DNA of 32,516 bases, from positions 1 through 32,516 of the IMG/VR virus record IMGVR_UViG_3300033508_000213; one strand, 5' to 3'. Position 1 is the first letter of the stretch. Each line of letters opens with the position of its first letter. Position numbers and translations under genes: made by a program. The notes beneath the pieces were generated by a model. That model had not been told where the DNA came from. It saw only the letters and a list, made by a program, of their open reading frames with translations, and made no database searches. The DNA is from a virus (taxonomy: Duplodnaviria; Caudoviricetes). Below, piece after piece: positions 17,242 to 25,323 of this stretch.

Positions 17242-18573
17242 TCAGCCAAGCGGGGAGATCACAATGCCGTGCCATGTCTCCGGGTCGCCGAGGCCAGGGA
17301 TAGGCGAGATCAAACGCCCTTGGCCGTGATTGCTGCCACCATACTTCACTAGCCCGCAATCAATCGCTTCCGCCATGTAGCCCAGCGCATCGCACGGGTG
17401 AGACGTCCAATCGTGATAGGGCTTATCCGAGAACATCTTTTTCTTCGCATCATAGGCCGTGTGGTATTCCTCCATCGCCTTGAGCCCAAGCTTGCAGCCC
17501 TTGGCGTCGAAGCTCATGGCCGGGATCAAGGAAATGATTCGATGAATCCGCGCGGTCGGGTCGCTGGTCCGGGGCAGCGTCCGCACATTGTGCAGCCCGG
17601 CAACCTCCAATTCCTGTTGGTAGGTGATGCCGGATTTTTGGATTGCCGCGCCATCGTGCGGGATGCAATGCCCGGCATAGTCGTAGCCGCGCGCGGTCAT
17701 GGCCGCCACCCGTTGCGCCGTGGTCCAGTCGGTGGCGGTGTCGCAGTGCAGCACCTTGATTTCATTGCGCAGAAATTGCACGCTCCACACGGCGGTATTG
17801 CGCGGGCTGCCCAGGTCCCAGAACGTCCAGACCGGCAGCCCCGCGTCATGCGGCAACGGGCCGATTTGGTCTTTCGCCCGGATCTTGGCCAGTGCTGCCG
17901 CATAGATCGCCCCTTGCAAGGCAATCGCGAAGTCGCACTCCCATTCCTGAAGATAAATCGGCTCCGGCGTGCTCGCGCGGATGTCACGCAATTCCTCCGG
18001 GTCGATAATCCCGCTCTCGCTCGCCCTCAGTATCAGTGAGAACCAATTACCATCCTCGTTTTCCTCCGCCTTCTTGTGCGTGTCAAAGAACGAATTCTTG
18101 CCTTTCGGGGTGCCGATGAACGTTGCCCAGCCCTTGTAATCGGTGAGGCACGGCCGGATCACCTCATCCCATGCACGCGGGTCGATGTCGCCGCTCTCGT
18201 CGATCACCACGCCGTCAAAATAAAGCCCGCGCATCCGCTCGTAGTTGTCGCCCGAGTAAAGCCGGATCGTCCACTTGTCCGGCAATCCTAGTGTGAGCTC
18301 GCTCTTGTTGATTTCAATCCCCGGGATCTTCGAGGCGTAGCGGACCAGATACGCCCATGCAATGTCCTTAGCTTGGTCGCGCGTCGGCGCGATGTAGGCA
18401 TACCGCAGCGGCGGACCGGGCCGCTGGTGCGTGTTCGCGCGGTGAATCAGGTCCTGAATGCAGCAAAACGTTTTTCCGCCGCGCCGGTGCACCACCAGGC
18501 ACGCCCAACGCGCCACCCGCTTCAGGTAAGCCCGGAATTGCTTGCGCGGCACGATCTTGATTTTCACCTTCAT
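17242..18573 (-). CDS. terL: Terminase large subunit
   Basis: Walker A HRRGGKT, Walker B VVIDE, FIGTPKG, RNase H-like WDLG and HDWTSHPCDA. Confidence 0.93.
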   Translation of the reverse strand: MKVKIKIVPRKQFRAYLKRVARWACLVVHRRGGKTFCCIQDLIHRANTHQRPGPPLRYAYIAPTRDQAKDIAWAYLVRYASKIPGIEINKSELTLGLPDKWTIRLYSGDNYERMRGLYFDGVVIDESGDIDPRAWDEVIRPCLTDYKGWATFIGTPKGKNSFFDTHKKAEENEDGNWFSLILRASESGIIDPEELRDIRASTPEPIYLQEWECDFAIALQGAIYAAALAKIRAKDQIGPLPHDAGLPVWTFWDLGSPRNTAVWSVQFLRNEIKVLHCDTATDWTTAQRVAAMTARGYDYAGHCIPHDGAAIQKSGITYQQELEVAGLHNVRTLPRTSDPTARIHRIISLIPAMSFDAKGCKLGLKAMEEYHTAYDAKKKMFSDKPYHDWTSHPCDALGYMAEAIDCGLVKYGGSNHGQGRLISPIPGLGDPETWHGIVISPLG

Positions 18574-19046
18574 TCCGCGTCGTCACCCCCGATGGTTACT
18601 TCGATGTCCACGCTCCCGCTATGTGCCACGTCGAGCTTGTCGCCGTAGCGTTTCGGGTCCCACTTCGAGAGCAGCTTGAGCCGCGTCTCAATCTGCAACT
18701 TCCGGTGCCCCAGCATGTCGCCGCGCTTGATTTCGGTGCCCCACTCCTTTTCCACCTCTTCCATTCCCAACACCGGATTGTCGGCGATCCGCAGGCACTC
18801 GGCCGCGATGGCGTCGTATCCCTCAATCCGCGCGCGCGCGATGCTGGCGGAAAACGTTTCGTCCGCCCCCATCCAATCGGTAACGGTTCTAACAGCAGGC
18901 ATGCGCGGGGAGCGGCAGATTTCGGCCATCGGTTCGCCCTTGGAAAGCCGTTCGCAAATCGCCGCAGCAGTGGCGGGGGTGAACTTGCTCGGGCGTCCGC
19001 GCTTCTTGGCGGGTTTTTTGGCGGAGGGTTTGGTTTTCGCGCTCAT
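18570..19046 (-). CDS. terS: Terminase small subunit
   Basis: GRPSKF...ICERL..GE...IC...MP...TV..W HTH and KLQIETRLKLLSKWDPKRYGDK; overlaps the terL start. Confidence 0.88.
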   Translation of the reverse strand: MSAKTKPSAKKPAKKRGRPSKFTPATAAAICERLSKGEPMAEICRSPRMPAVRTVTDWMGADETFSASIARARIEGYDAIAAECLRIADNPVLGMEEVEKEWGTEIKRGDMLGHRKLQIETRLKLLSKWDPKRYGDKLDVAHSGSVDIEVTIGGDDAE

Positions 19047-19480
19047 GAATGCGGGGTGGATTGGGCCACCATCGGTGGGGCGAGCGCGAGGGAGAGTATT
19101 TTTATAAACTCATCGCGGAGGTGCGCCTCGTGCATGGCGAGCGCGGTTTGCCGTTGGCGGGCGGAATCCACGGTTTGCCAGGTGCGGTTGAACGCCCGGG
19201 CGACCATCTGCATCGGGATACCTGCCGAGCAGCAAACCGCCATGGCGAGAACGCGGGCGGCAGCCGTCGGCGGGCATTCGCGGGTCGGGCTCAGAATTGC
19301 GCGCCACTCGATGCGGCGTTCATCGGCCACGGTTTTGACCACCCGCTCAATGAGCACGCGGGCCGTGGTGATAGATTGCGCGCGGCGGTCAGCGAATGCG
19401 CAGGGCGGGGCGTCTTGCATGGCCCATGGACTAGCAGGTTGTGGCAGCCGTGTCATCGAAATATCGCAGGAAATGTGCAT
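19043..19480 (-). CDS. Putative HTH regulator resembling the DnaA C-terminal domain; candidate late activator
   Basis: ARVLAM......IPMQMVARAFNRTWQTV resembles the DnaA domain IV HTH; start uncertain, chosen after an A/C-rich leader. Confidence 0.45.
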   Translation of the reverse strand: MHISCDISMTRLPQPASPWAMQDAPPCAFADRRAQSITTARVLIERVVKTVADERRIEWRAILSPTRECPPTAAARVLAMAVCCSAGIPMQMVARAFNRTWQTVDSARQRQTALAMHEAHLRDEFIKILSLALAPPMVAQSTPHS

Positions 19481-19569
19481 TTGTAATTGATTTGTGATTT
19501 TGGGCAGGAAGTCGGAGCGGGTGTGAGTCAGCCCTCTTGCTCGCATCGTCAAATCATGATGCGATAATG

Positions 19570-19917
19570 TCATTTTCGCCCCGCGAGAAATCCCCGCAGA
19601 TGGTCGAGAGCCCATGACCACCCATGCGAAGCGGTCTTGCGGCCATCGGGTGATTCCAGCGTGATCCGGTCGATTCTGTCTCCAATCCGCACCGTCCAGC
19701 GCCGGACTTTGCCGGATCGAAAATCGGTCCATTGTAGGCATCCTAAAGCGTCCCCCTGCTTATGCGGTAGATTCTCCGCGTCGGATTCCGCTATTTCACG
19801 GAGGCGTTCGGGCAGGTCGAGCATCCGCCGTTCAGATTGAGCGCGTTGGGAGGCTTTGCCCATTGCGCTGAATCTGAGTCGCTTACGCTCGGCGCGTTGT
19901 TTTCGATAGCTTGCCAC
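19570..19917 (-). CDS. Hypothetical protein starting inside the attI-like site
   Basis: 115-aa ORF with GTG start 5 nt after the stop of the last cassette gene. Confidence 0.6.
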   Translation of the reverse strand: MASYRKQRAERKRLRFSAMGKASQRAQSERRMLDLPERLREIAESDAENLPHKQGDALGCLQWTDFRSGKVRRWTVRIGDRIDRITLESPDGRKTASHGWSWALDHLRGFLAGRK

Positions 19918-19939
19918 GGGTGTTATAATAACGTGTTCT
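19892..19939 (+). repeat. 48-bp direct repeat copy 1; attI-like site heading the array
   Basis: gcgcgttgttttcgatagcttgccacgggtgttataataacgtgttct, identical at 21931-21978; ends in core GTTCTGC (19935-19941); no attC-type palindrome. Confidence 0.7.
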
Positions 19940-20573
19940 GCATAAAGAGATCCGCATCGAGTTCGGCCTGCAGTCGCCGCCTCGCGGTTTCAAAGTGCTT
20001 CGGGTCGCGCTCGATTCCCACGAAGGGGCGGCGGGCGCGGATAGCGGCGATTCCCGTTGTCCCCGTCCCCATGAAGGGATCGACCACGGCACCGGGCGGC
20101 ATGAGTTCCATCAGCTTTGCCATGAGCTTGTCCGGTTTCACCGATGGATGGCCGTGATCGTCGTGGTAGTTCGGCACCGCGATCACGTCGTTTTTCAGCG
20201 CGGGGATGTTGTAGAAGAGGATCGGTTCCCAGTTGTTGAAGCCTTTCAGCTTTCCATTCCGTTGCGTCGATCCTTGGCGCACCCATGCGCCTATCCAGTC
20301 CGGCGTCGGATAGTCACGCATCCCCACCACTCCGCAGAAGGTGGCCACGGGCGAAGTGCCAGCCAGCGGCAGCCAGTTCGGGATTTCCTCGTCCCAGTCC
20401 GCTTTCTTCATGCCATAGGGCGGGTCGGTGATGATGACGCCGAGTTGCAGCGTCGGGAGGATTTCCATGCAGTCACCCAGGAACAACACCACCGAAGAAT
20501 GCAGAACAAGACGCTGCATGGAACGCCGAGGAGCGTCCTTGTCGAGTTCGAGAGTCTTGGGGTCGGCGTCCAT
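19923..20573 (-). CDS. DNA methyltransferase, N6/N4 beta class (cassette 1)
   Basis: ITDPPY, HPSVKP, VVDPFMGTGTT; ATG lies inside the attC-1 arm. Confidence 0.88.
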   Translation of the reverse strand: MDADPKTLELDKDAPRRSMQRLVLHSSVVLFLGDCMEILPTLQLGVIITDPPYGMKKADWDEEIPNWLPLAGTSPVATFCGVVGMRDYPTPDWIGAWVRQGSTQRNGKLKGFNNWEPILFYNIPALKNDVIAVPNYHDDHGHPSVKPDKLMAKLMELMPPGAVVDPFMGTGTTGIAAIRARRPFVGIERDPKHFETARRRLQAELDADLFMQNTLL

Positions 20574-20590
20574 GAGCTTAAGCGTTCGCC
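20501..20590 (+). repeat. attC-like site 1
   Basis: R'' GCAGAAC; GCT[G]CATGG[A]ACGCCGA pairs with TCGGCGTCCATGAGC; R' GTTCGCC. Confidence 0.88.
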
Positions 20591-20868
20591 AGACCAATAA
20601 TATCCCCCTCTTCGTCAAACTCGAAGAGATGATCGCACTCGTCCCACCTCTTCTCTTCTCGGATACACGCAGCTTCAGCCCGCCTCATTTCATCGCGGTC
20701 ATCAGTGGCGGTAGATACCATCATCGCGCCCTCCCATTCCGCGAAGGATGCACGGTATTCTTCGACCGTCCGTATTGGCGGCAAAGGCGAACAAATCGTC
20801 ACATCCAACCCCTCATCACGGGGTTGTTCAACGGTTTCTGGCTTCGATTTTATTTCTTGGTTTGGCAT
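20578..20868 (-). CDS. Hypothetical protein (cassette 2)
   Basis: 96-aa ORF filling the interval between attC-1 and attC-2. Confidence 0.65.
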   Translation of the reverse strand: MPNQEIKSKPETVEQPRDEGLDVTICSPLPPIRTVEEYRASFAEWEGAMMVSTATDDRDEMRRAEAACIREEKRWDECDHLFEFDEEGDIIGLANA

Positions 20869-20912
20869 AGTTTCATTTCTTCGGTTCGGGGTGGATGGAC
20901 TCGGCGTTCTCC
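20786..20912 (+). repeat. attC-like site 2
   Basis: R'' GGCGAAC; GTC[A]CATCC[A]ACCCC pairs with GGGGTGGATGGAC; R' GTTCTCC. Confidence 0.88.
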
Positions 20913-21352
20913 AAGAGATTTGCTACGGCGGCGCGTGGAGTATCTCCGAAGCCTGCGACCGACTCTTGCAGGTTTACGAATCCATCGAGAGTCGCGCACC
21001 ATGCGTTGCCGTCGAGATACACATTGACCTGCGTTTGCCACCAATCAGGAGCCGTGCCTGCGCTGCACGCGAAGTTGCCCGCGGAGCTTGGGCAATAGTC
21101 GTTGTGACATGCCCAGCCGCCGCCGTAGGTCGAAGTTGGACTTCCGCAGTTTGGGCATGGCCCGCGCATGAAGTGGCTCGGAGCGTGATTCCAAGAGTCC
21201 CAGCGGATTGCTTCACCGAATGCCCATCGGTACTTTCCAGTGTCATACACCTTACCCGGAACAAGATGGAGAACAAGTCGCGGCAGATCAACCGCCGGGA
21301 CGTTCGTAGTTTGGACGGTTTCCGCCGCCTCGGGGTCTTGTGGTTTATCCAT
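20873..21352 (-). CDS. Hypothetical protein with a putative Zn-ribbon (cassette 3)
   Basis: CPNC...WACHNDYC; 159 aa. Confidence 0.65.
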   Translation of the reverse strand: MDKPQDPEAAETVQTTNVPAVDLPRLVLHLVPGKVYDTGKYRWAFGEAIRWDSWNHAPSHFMRGPCPNCGSPTSTYGGGWACHNDYCPSSAGNFACSAGTAPDWWQTQVNVYLDGNAWCATLDGFVNLQESVAGFGDTPRAAVANLLENAESIHPEPKK

Positions 21353-21399
21353 GATTTTTCGTGCCGGAGTCCGGCGGTGTCTGCGCTATTGCGTTCTGC
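21268..21399 (+). repeat. attC-like site 3
   Basis: R'' GGAGAAC; GCG[G]CAGA[T]C[A]ACCGCCGG pairs with CCGGCGGTGTCTGCGC; R' GTTCTGC. Confidence 0.85.
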
Positions 21400-21614
21400 T
21401 TTTTAAGGTGAGCTTGCCACGCTTTGTATGCCCAAGGTCGGAGAATTTCCTCGGTGATCGTTTCCCCTTCGGCGTGGTCGAGGAGCCAACAAGCGAACCA
21501 TTCAAGTCCGCTATAGAACTCGCCGCCAACCGCAGAACAAGTCGTCTCATCCAACCCCTCATCTGGTGGCTCTTCGTCGTCTTCCAGCATATCAATGAAT
21601 ACATCTTCACTCAT
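21345..21614 (-). CDS. Hypothetical acidic protein (cassette 4)
   Basis: Start MSEDVF inside attC-4; 89 aa. Confidence 0.6.
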   Translation of the reverse strand: MSEDVFIDMLEDDEEPPDEGLDETTCSAVGGEFYSGLEWFACWLLDHAEGETITEEILRPWAYKAWQAHLKKQNAIAQTPPDSGTKNHG

Positions 21615-21658
21615 GGTCGTTTGGCTTCTATTCGGTGTGGATGGACTCAGCGTTCGTT
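21532..21658 (+). repeat. attC-like site 4
   Basis: R'' GCAGAAC; GTC[T]CATCC[A]AC pairs with GTGGATGGAC; R' GTTCGTT. Confidence 0.85.
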
Positions 21659-21877
21659 TTACAAAAGGCGTTTGATAATCGGGAGCATAAGACCAATACA
21701 GATCGGTCGCCACCATTCAAGATCGCCGGGGCATTTTGCCAGCCACAGAACGGCAGCAATGCAGGCGATCAGTGCGATGGATTCCAAAAGAAAACGAACA
21801 AGGCGTCTCATCCAACCATCACTACGCTGAGTGTCGGCGGGGTCTTCTAGGTGGGGATTGCGTTGTGTGTATTGCAT
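21659..21877 (-). CDS. Small putative membrane protein (cassette 5)
   Basis: 72 aa with two hydrophobic segments; its stop abuts R' of attC-4. Confidence 0.6.
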   Translation of the reverse strand: MQYTQRNPHLEDPADTQRSDGWMRRLVRFLLESIALIACIAAVLWLAKCPGDLEWWRPICIGLMLPIIKRLL

Positions 21878-21917
21878 AGTTTTGTGTCAGTGATGGTGGA
21901 TGGACTCGACGTTCTGG
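21793..21917 (+). repeat. attC-like site 5
   Basis: R'' AACGAAC; GTC[T]CATCC[A]ACCATCACT pairs with AGTGATGGTGGATGGAC; R' GTTCTGG. Confidence 0.88.
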
Positions 21918-21930
21918 GAAGAGATCACTT

Positions 21931-21978
21931 GCGCGTTGTTTTCGATAGCTTGCCACGGGTGTTATAATAACGTGTTCT
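21931..21978 (+). repeat. 48-bp direct repeat copy 2; internal attI-like site
   Basis: Identical to 19892-19939; core GTTCTCT at 21974-21980. Confidence 0.7.
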
Positions 21979-22894
21979 CTGCCTGACTGTCGGGCTTCCC
22001 GTCAGCGGTTTCGGCAGCGATTCTTTGGCTTTCAGACGCAAGCGCGTCGGACTCCGCCATACAAAAGAGTCCGCACGATACAGCGAAGTCAGGCCCGGTC
22101 GGGTCTCCCTCCTCGATCTCGTCAAGATAGATTTCGGAGCGCACTCCTTTGCGGGTGATCCGGTTGATGGCCACGCCGAACTCGCGTTCGTATCCCGCGA
22201 TCCGCCAGTAGATTTCGGGGAAGTGTTTTCGGGTGCGTTTCCAGTAGTTGATATTGTCGCGGGCTTTCACGCACCCGATGCAGTTGTTGTTGAGGAAGCC
22301 CAGCAGATACATCAGCGGCAGCGCGATTCCCTGCCGCGCCAGAATGCCGAAGCAGTCTTCCTTGGTGAGGTGTTTTTCCACCAGCGGGCATTCGAGGATT
22401 CTTTCGGTGTTGAGAGCCTGCCACTGAGCCACGCGCCGCCGTTCGGTGGCGGTGTATCCGTAGATTTCCACGTCGCCGACTCGCCACACCTTGTCACCAG
22501 GGGTGCGCTTCATCTCCCCCGTGCATGGCGCTCCTTGATGGCTGACTAAGAACCGGCGAGCCTCGAACACTTCCCATGTCGTGTCGTATTTATCCGACTT
22601 CAGGATTGTCACCGGCTTTCCGAACCACGCTTCGCATTCGCCTATGAAGCGGAGATTGTCGGGATGTTCGGCACCGGGATTGGTGTAGTAGATTTCCACG
22701 GCATCTCCGTATTTCTCGATTGCCATCTTCGTGGCCACCGCAGACGCGGCACCGCAAGAGAATCGTGAGATCACCCGGCCTGAGCGACGAAGAGAAGAGA
22801 TGCCGGAAGATGACGGCAGAGAACAAGAGATCGCTGCCAATGACTCCCGCGAGGGAGTCGGTGACGAGGCGGAGTTGTAGGGCGCGGGATTCAT
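21962..22894 (-). CDS. PAPS-reductase / adenine nucleotide alpha-hydrolase family protein (cassette 6)
   Basis: PP-loop-like FSCGAASA, EHPDN.RF, APCT..MK, NNCIGCVK; start MNPAPYN with ATGA overlap inside attC-6. Confidence 0.75.
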   Translation of the reverse strand: MNPAPYNSASSPTPSRESLAAISCSLPSSSGISSLRRSGRVISRFSCGAASAVATKMAIEKYGDAVEIYYTNPGAEHPDNLRFIGECEAWFGKPVTILKSDKYDTTWEVFEARRFLVSHQGAPCTGEMKRTPGDKVWRVGDVEIYGYTATERRRVAQWQALNTERILECPLVEKHLTKEDCFGILARQGIALPLMYLLGFLNNNCIGCVKARDNINYWKRTRKHFPEIYWRIAGYEREFGVAINRITRKGVRSEIYLDEIEEGDPTGPDFAVSCGLFCMAESDALASESQRIAAETADGKPDSQAENTLL

Positions 22895-22915
22895 GGCAGG
22901 ATACTGACGTTCTCC
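22818..22915 (+). repeat. attC-like site 6
   Basis: R'' AGAGAAC; ATC[G]CTGCC[A]ATGA pairs with TCATGGCAGGAT; R' GTTCTCC. Confidence 0.85.
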
Positions 22916-23523
22916 AGATAATGTCCCGCGATTCCGCAGGCTTTCAATTTGGCGGCACATTCGCTGCCGTAGGCTATCAGCACGCTTGGAGCGCCAGCGG
23001 TGCCGCCGCGTTTCCCCTCCTTCGTGTAGAAGTTGATCCGTCCTTTCACCCAGAGGAATGCGCTGGCATGTTGCCACACCCACGGGAAGAATGCTTTCGT
23101 TTCGGTGCGGGCGAAGATGAGCGCGATTCCGTCGCCGTGATTGGCCAGCCTCCGCATCCACCGCTCAGTTTCGTTCCCGTATGGCGGGTTCATCCACACG
23201 CGGCCTTCCCATGGCTTCAGTAGTCCATTGTCGGCCATGGTGTAGTGCTTCGCGGCGGTGTCCCATGGGCGGGGCATTGGCGAGCATGGGTCCAAGTCGA
23301 ACGGCCCAAGTGCGCGGATGATTTCCGGCGGTGTCAGCCAGTCTTCTTTCCCGGTAGTCCGGTCATGCGCGAATCCAATATCCAAGACGGCCTGCGATGG
23401 AGAACAAGTCGCTGGTGGACAACCGCCTTCTGCGGTGTCTTCAAGTTGTAGGGTATCAGGAGTTTTCATACTTCGTTGGAGTCTTGTGTCTGCGGATTTT
23501 GGGGGAGTAGCGGAGATGGTCAT
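22891..23523 (-). CDS. Phage Dam-type N6-adenine DNA methyltransferase (cassette 7)
   Basis: DWLTP, FDLDPC, NGL..PW.GRVWMNPPY, ARTET, GRINF; alternative start at 23469. Confidence 0.85.
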   Translation of the reverse strand: MTISATPPKSADTRLQRSMKTPDTLQLEDTAEGGCPPATCSPSQAVLDIGFAHDRTTGKEDWLTPPEIIRALGPFDLDPCSPMPRPWDTAAKHYTMADNGLLKPWEGRVWMNPPYGNETERWMRRLANHGDGIALIFARTETKAFFPWVWQHASAFLWVKGRINFYTKEGKRGGTAGAPSVLIAYGSECAAKLKACGIAGHYLENVSILP

Positions 23524-23580
23524 TGTTTGGAGTCGGCTGGTTGGTTCATGCCCACGGGCCGGATTTGCTCATCGTTCACC
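23399..23580 (+). repeat. attC-like site 7 (hybrid; arms do not pair)
   Basis: R'' GGAGAAC with a typical left arm and R' GTTCACC, but the arms are not complementary and the site is long (182 bp). Confidence 0.65.
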
Positions 23581-24137
23581 AGAGATTTCAGAGCTGTCGC
23601 CAAGAGCCGCGCCGATTGGCGGGCGTCGGCCAGTGGCTCATGCGCCGGGAGTTCATGTGGAAGTCGCTCGTAGGTGGCCATCGGGTCCATTCCCGCAGCG
23701 AGCATGATCGACGCGATCTCGTGCATTGGATACGGACCATCCCAGTTGCGGGAACCGTCATCCCGGATGCACGCGCTCACGAATGACGCTTCGACGGGCC
23801 AGCCGCATTCCACGAACATCCTCGCCTTTTGCTCCACGGCTTTCATCCACTCATGCCAGAAGGCATCGCGGACACCTCTGGGATTGGTGATATTCTTCGA
23901 TGCCGTGCTTTGGGTCACATTCGCCATGACCCATTCACGATCCGAGAACTCGCCATCGGCGCGGTCTGGATGACAGTGATAGGCGAACTCATGGAGCGGC
24001 GATCCGTCTTCATCATAGATTCCCCCGGCTACGGAGAAGGCTTGCCCGTGAAGGCCGATAGATTCCACGTCGAACACGAAGAATGGTACACAAGTGCCTG
24101 ATCCCAACGGGGACCGCTCTGTTGTCGAAGTTTTCAT
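23520..24137 (-). CDS. DEDDh (DnaQ-like) 3'-5' exonuclease (cassette 8)
   Basis: ExoI FVFDVES, ExoIII HEPLADA. Confidence 0.75.
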   Translation of the reverse strand: MKTSTTERSPLGSGTCVPFFVFDVESIGLHGQAFSVAGGIYDEDGSPLHEFAYHCHPDRADGEFSDREWVMANVTQSTASKNITNPRGVRDAFWHEWMKAVEQKARMFVECGWPVEASFVSACIRDDGSRNWDGPYPMHEIASIMLAAGMDPMATYERLPHELPAHEPLADARQSARLLATALKSLVNDEQIRPVGMNQPADSKQ

Positions 24138-24205
24138 TTTGTTTGGTAGTTTGATTTGATTGCGGAGTGGCGTTGTCCGCCGGTCCCTCCACTTGGACGT
24201 TATGC
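24085..24205 (+). repeat. attC-like site 8 (hybrid/degenerate)
   Basis: R'' degenerate GGTACAC; left arm CCTGATCCCAACGGGGAC is a near copy of the attC-9 left arm; R' GTTATGC. Confidence 0.65.
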
Positions 24206-24991
24206 CAAGAGATCGCGCTGAACGGTTTGCACGCGTCGGTTGGCGGTTTCACAGTGATCCGCATCCCGTTCGATGCAGACGAAGTGCCGGTCGGTCATGC
24301 GAGCCGCTTCGGCCAGCGTGCCACTCCCAGCGAAGGGATCGAGGATCGTCCCGCCAGGCGGGCAGACGACGCGGCAGAGTTGCGCGATGAGATCCACGGG
24401 CTTTTGCGTTTGATGCTCCTTGTCGTCGGCTCTCACGCGGTTGCACCGCAGCACGTTCGCGGTTCCCTTGTTGTGGTATTTCGGGCTTCCGGCGGTCATG
24501 TGCATCACCAGTTCATGGCAGGCACGGAAGCCGTTCCCGAGTCCCATGTTGCCCTTGTCCCACACGATCAGGTTTTGATACCGGAAGCCTGCGGATTCCA
24601 CGGCGGGAATCAGGTTCGGGATCATGCGCCAATCGCAGAAGATCAGCAGCGATCCCTCGCCTTTCAGTAGCCGCATGGATTCCACCGCCATTTCACGGAT
24701 CAGCCACACAAGGCCAGCGGTTCCCATGTTGTCCCCCACGAACCATCCGAAGTTGCGGATATTCTCAGAGCGTAGCCCTTGCCCTTTCGCTGCCGTCCGT
24801 TGCGCTTCACCCACGGAGCCGGAGCAGTAGGGCGGATCGGTGATGACCGCATCGATGCAGCCATCAGGCATCCCGCGCATGATTTGGAGACAGTCGCCGT
24901 GCAGGATTGTATCCACCGGCAAAGAGGCATAACAAGAGTCTGATCCCAACGGGGACTCGCCTTGCTGTTCAAGTTCAGGGGTGGTTATCAT
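24200..24991 (-). CDS. DNA methyltransferase, N6/N4 beta class (cassette 9)
   Basis: ITDPPY, IVWDK, HQTQKP, ILDPFAGSGT; start MITTPE inside attC-9; TAA stop within the core of attC-8. Confidence 0.9.
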   Translation of the reverse strand: MITTPELEQQGESPLGSDSCYASLPVDTILHGDCLQIMRGMPDGCIDAVITDPPYCSGSVGEAQRTAAKGQGLRSENIRNFGWFVGDNMGTAGLVWLIREMAVESMRLLKGEGSLLIFCDWRMIPNLIPAVESAGFRYQNLIVWDKGNMGLGNGFRACHELVMHMTAGSPKYHNKGTANVLRCNRVRADDKEHQTQKPVDLIAQLCRVVCPPGGTILDPFAGSGTLAEAARMTDRHFVCIERDADHCETANRRVQTVQRDLLA

Positions 24992-25048
24992 GATTTTTGA
25001 GGTGTCGGAGTGGCGCTGCCGTCCCCGTGGGATAGGCCAGCGTTCTCG
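24927..25048 (+). repeat. attC-like site 9
   Basis: R'' GCATAAC; CT[G]ATCCC[A]ACGGGGAC pairs with GTCCCCGTGGGATAG; R' GTTCTCG. Confidence 0.88.
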
Positions 25049-25323
25049 GAATAAACCCACCCTTCGTTTCCGGCGGATTGCAGTATTGCCAGAGCTTCGC
25101 ATTGCGCGGCGATTAGCTCGTTACCATCTGCCACGGTGATCGGCTGGACCAATCCGCATCGCTCGTCGGTAGCGCGATCCTGACACGCGACATAAACGTC
25201 AGCGGCTTCATAGAGCCTGCGGAGGGCATTCAAGACCCGCGAATAAGTCGCTCCTGAGCAACCATCACCGGCCTCCTGTTGTGGTGAGTCTTCGGGCTTC
25301 GATGTATCATTTTCGGTTTGCAT
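24988..25323 (-). CDS. Hypothetical protein (cassette 10)
   Basis: 111-aa ORF; ATGA-coupled to the next gene. Confidence 0.65.
   Translation of the reverse strand: MQTENDTSKPEDSPQQEAGDGCSGATYSRVLNALRRLYEAADVYVACQDRATDERCGLVQPITVADGNELIAAQCEALAILQSAGNEGWVYSENAGLSHGDGSATPTPQKS

Noticed and set aside
19541-19564. Inverted repeat TCGCATC-N10-GATGCGA overlapping a TTGACG hexamer upstream of the HTH/terminase genes
   Set aside because: It could be an operator or promoter, but there is no convincing -10 and only one copy, so the evidence is insufficient.
19918-19946. dif/Xer site in the 48-bp repeat
   Set aside because: There is only a loose resemblance to a XerC arm. The right half differs between the two copies and matches the cassette R'' boxes instead.
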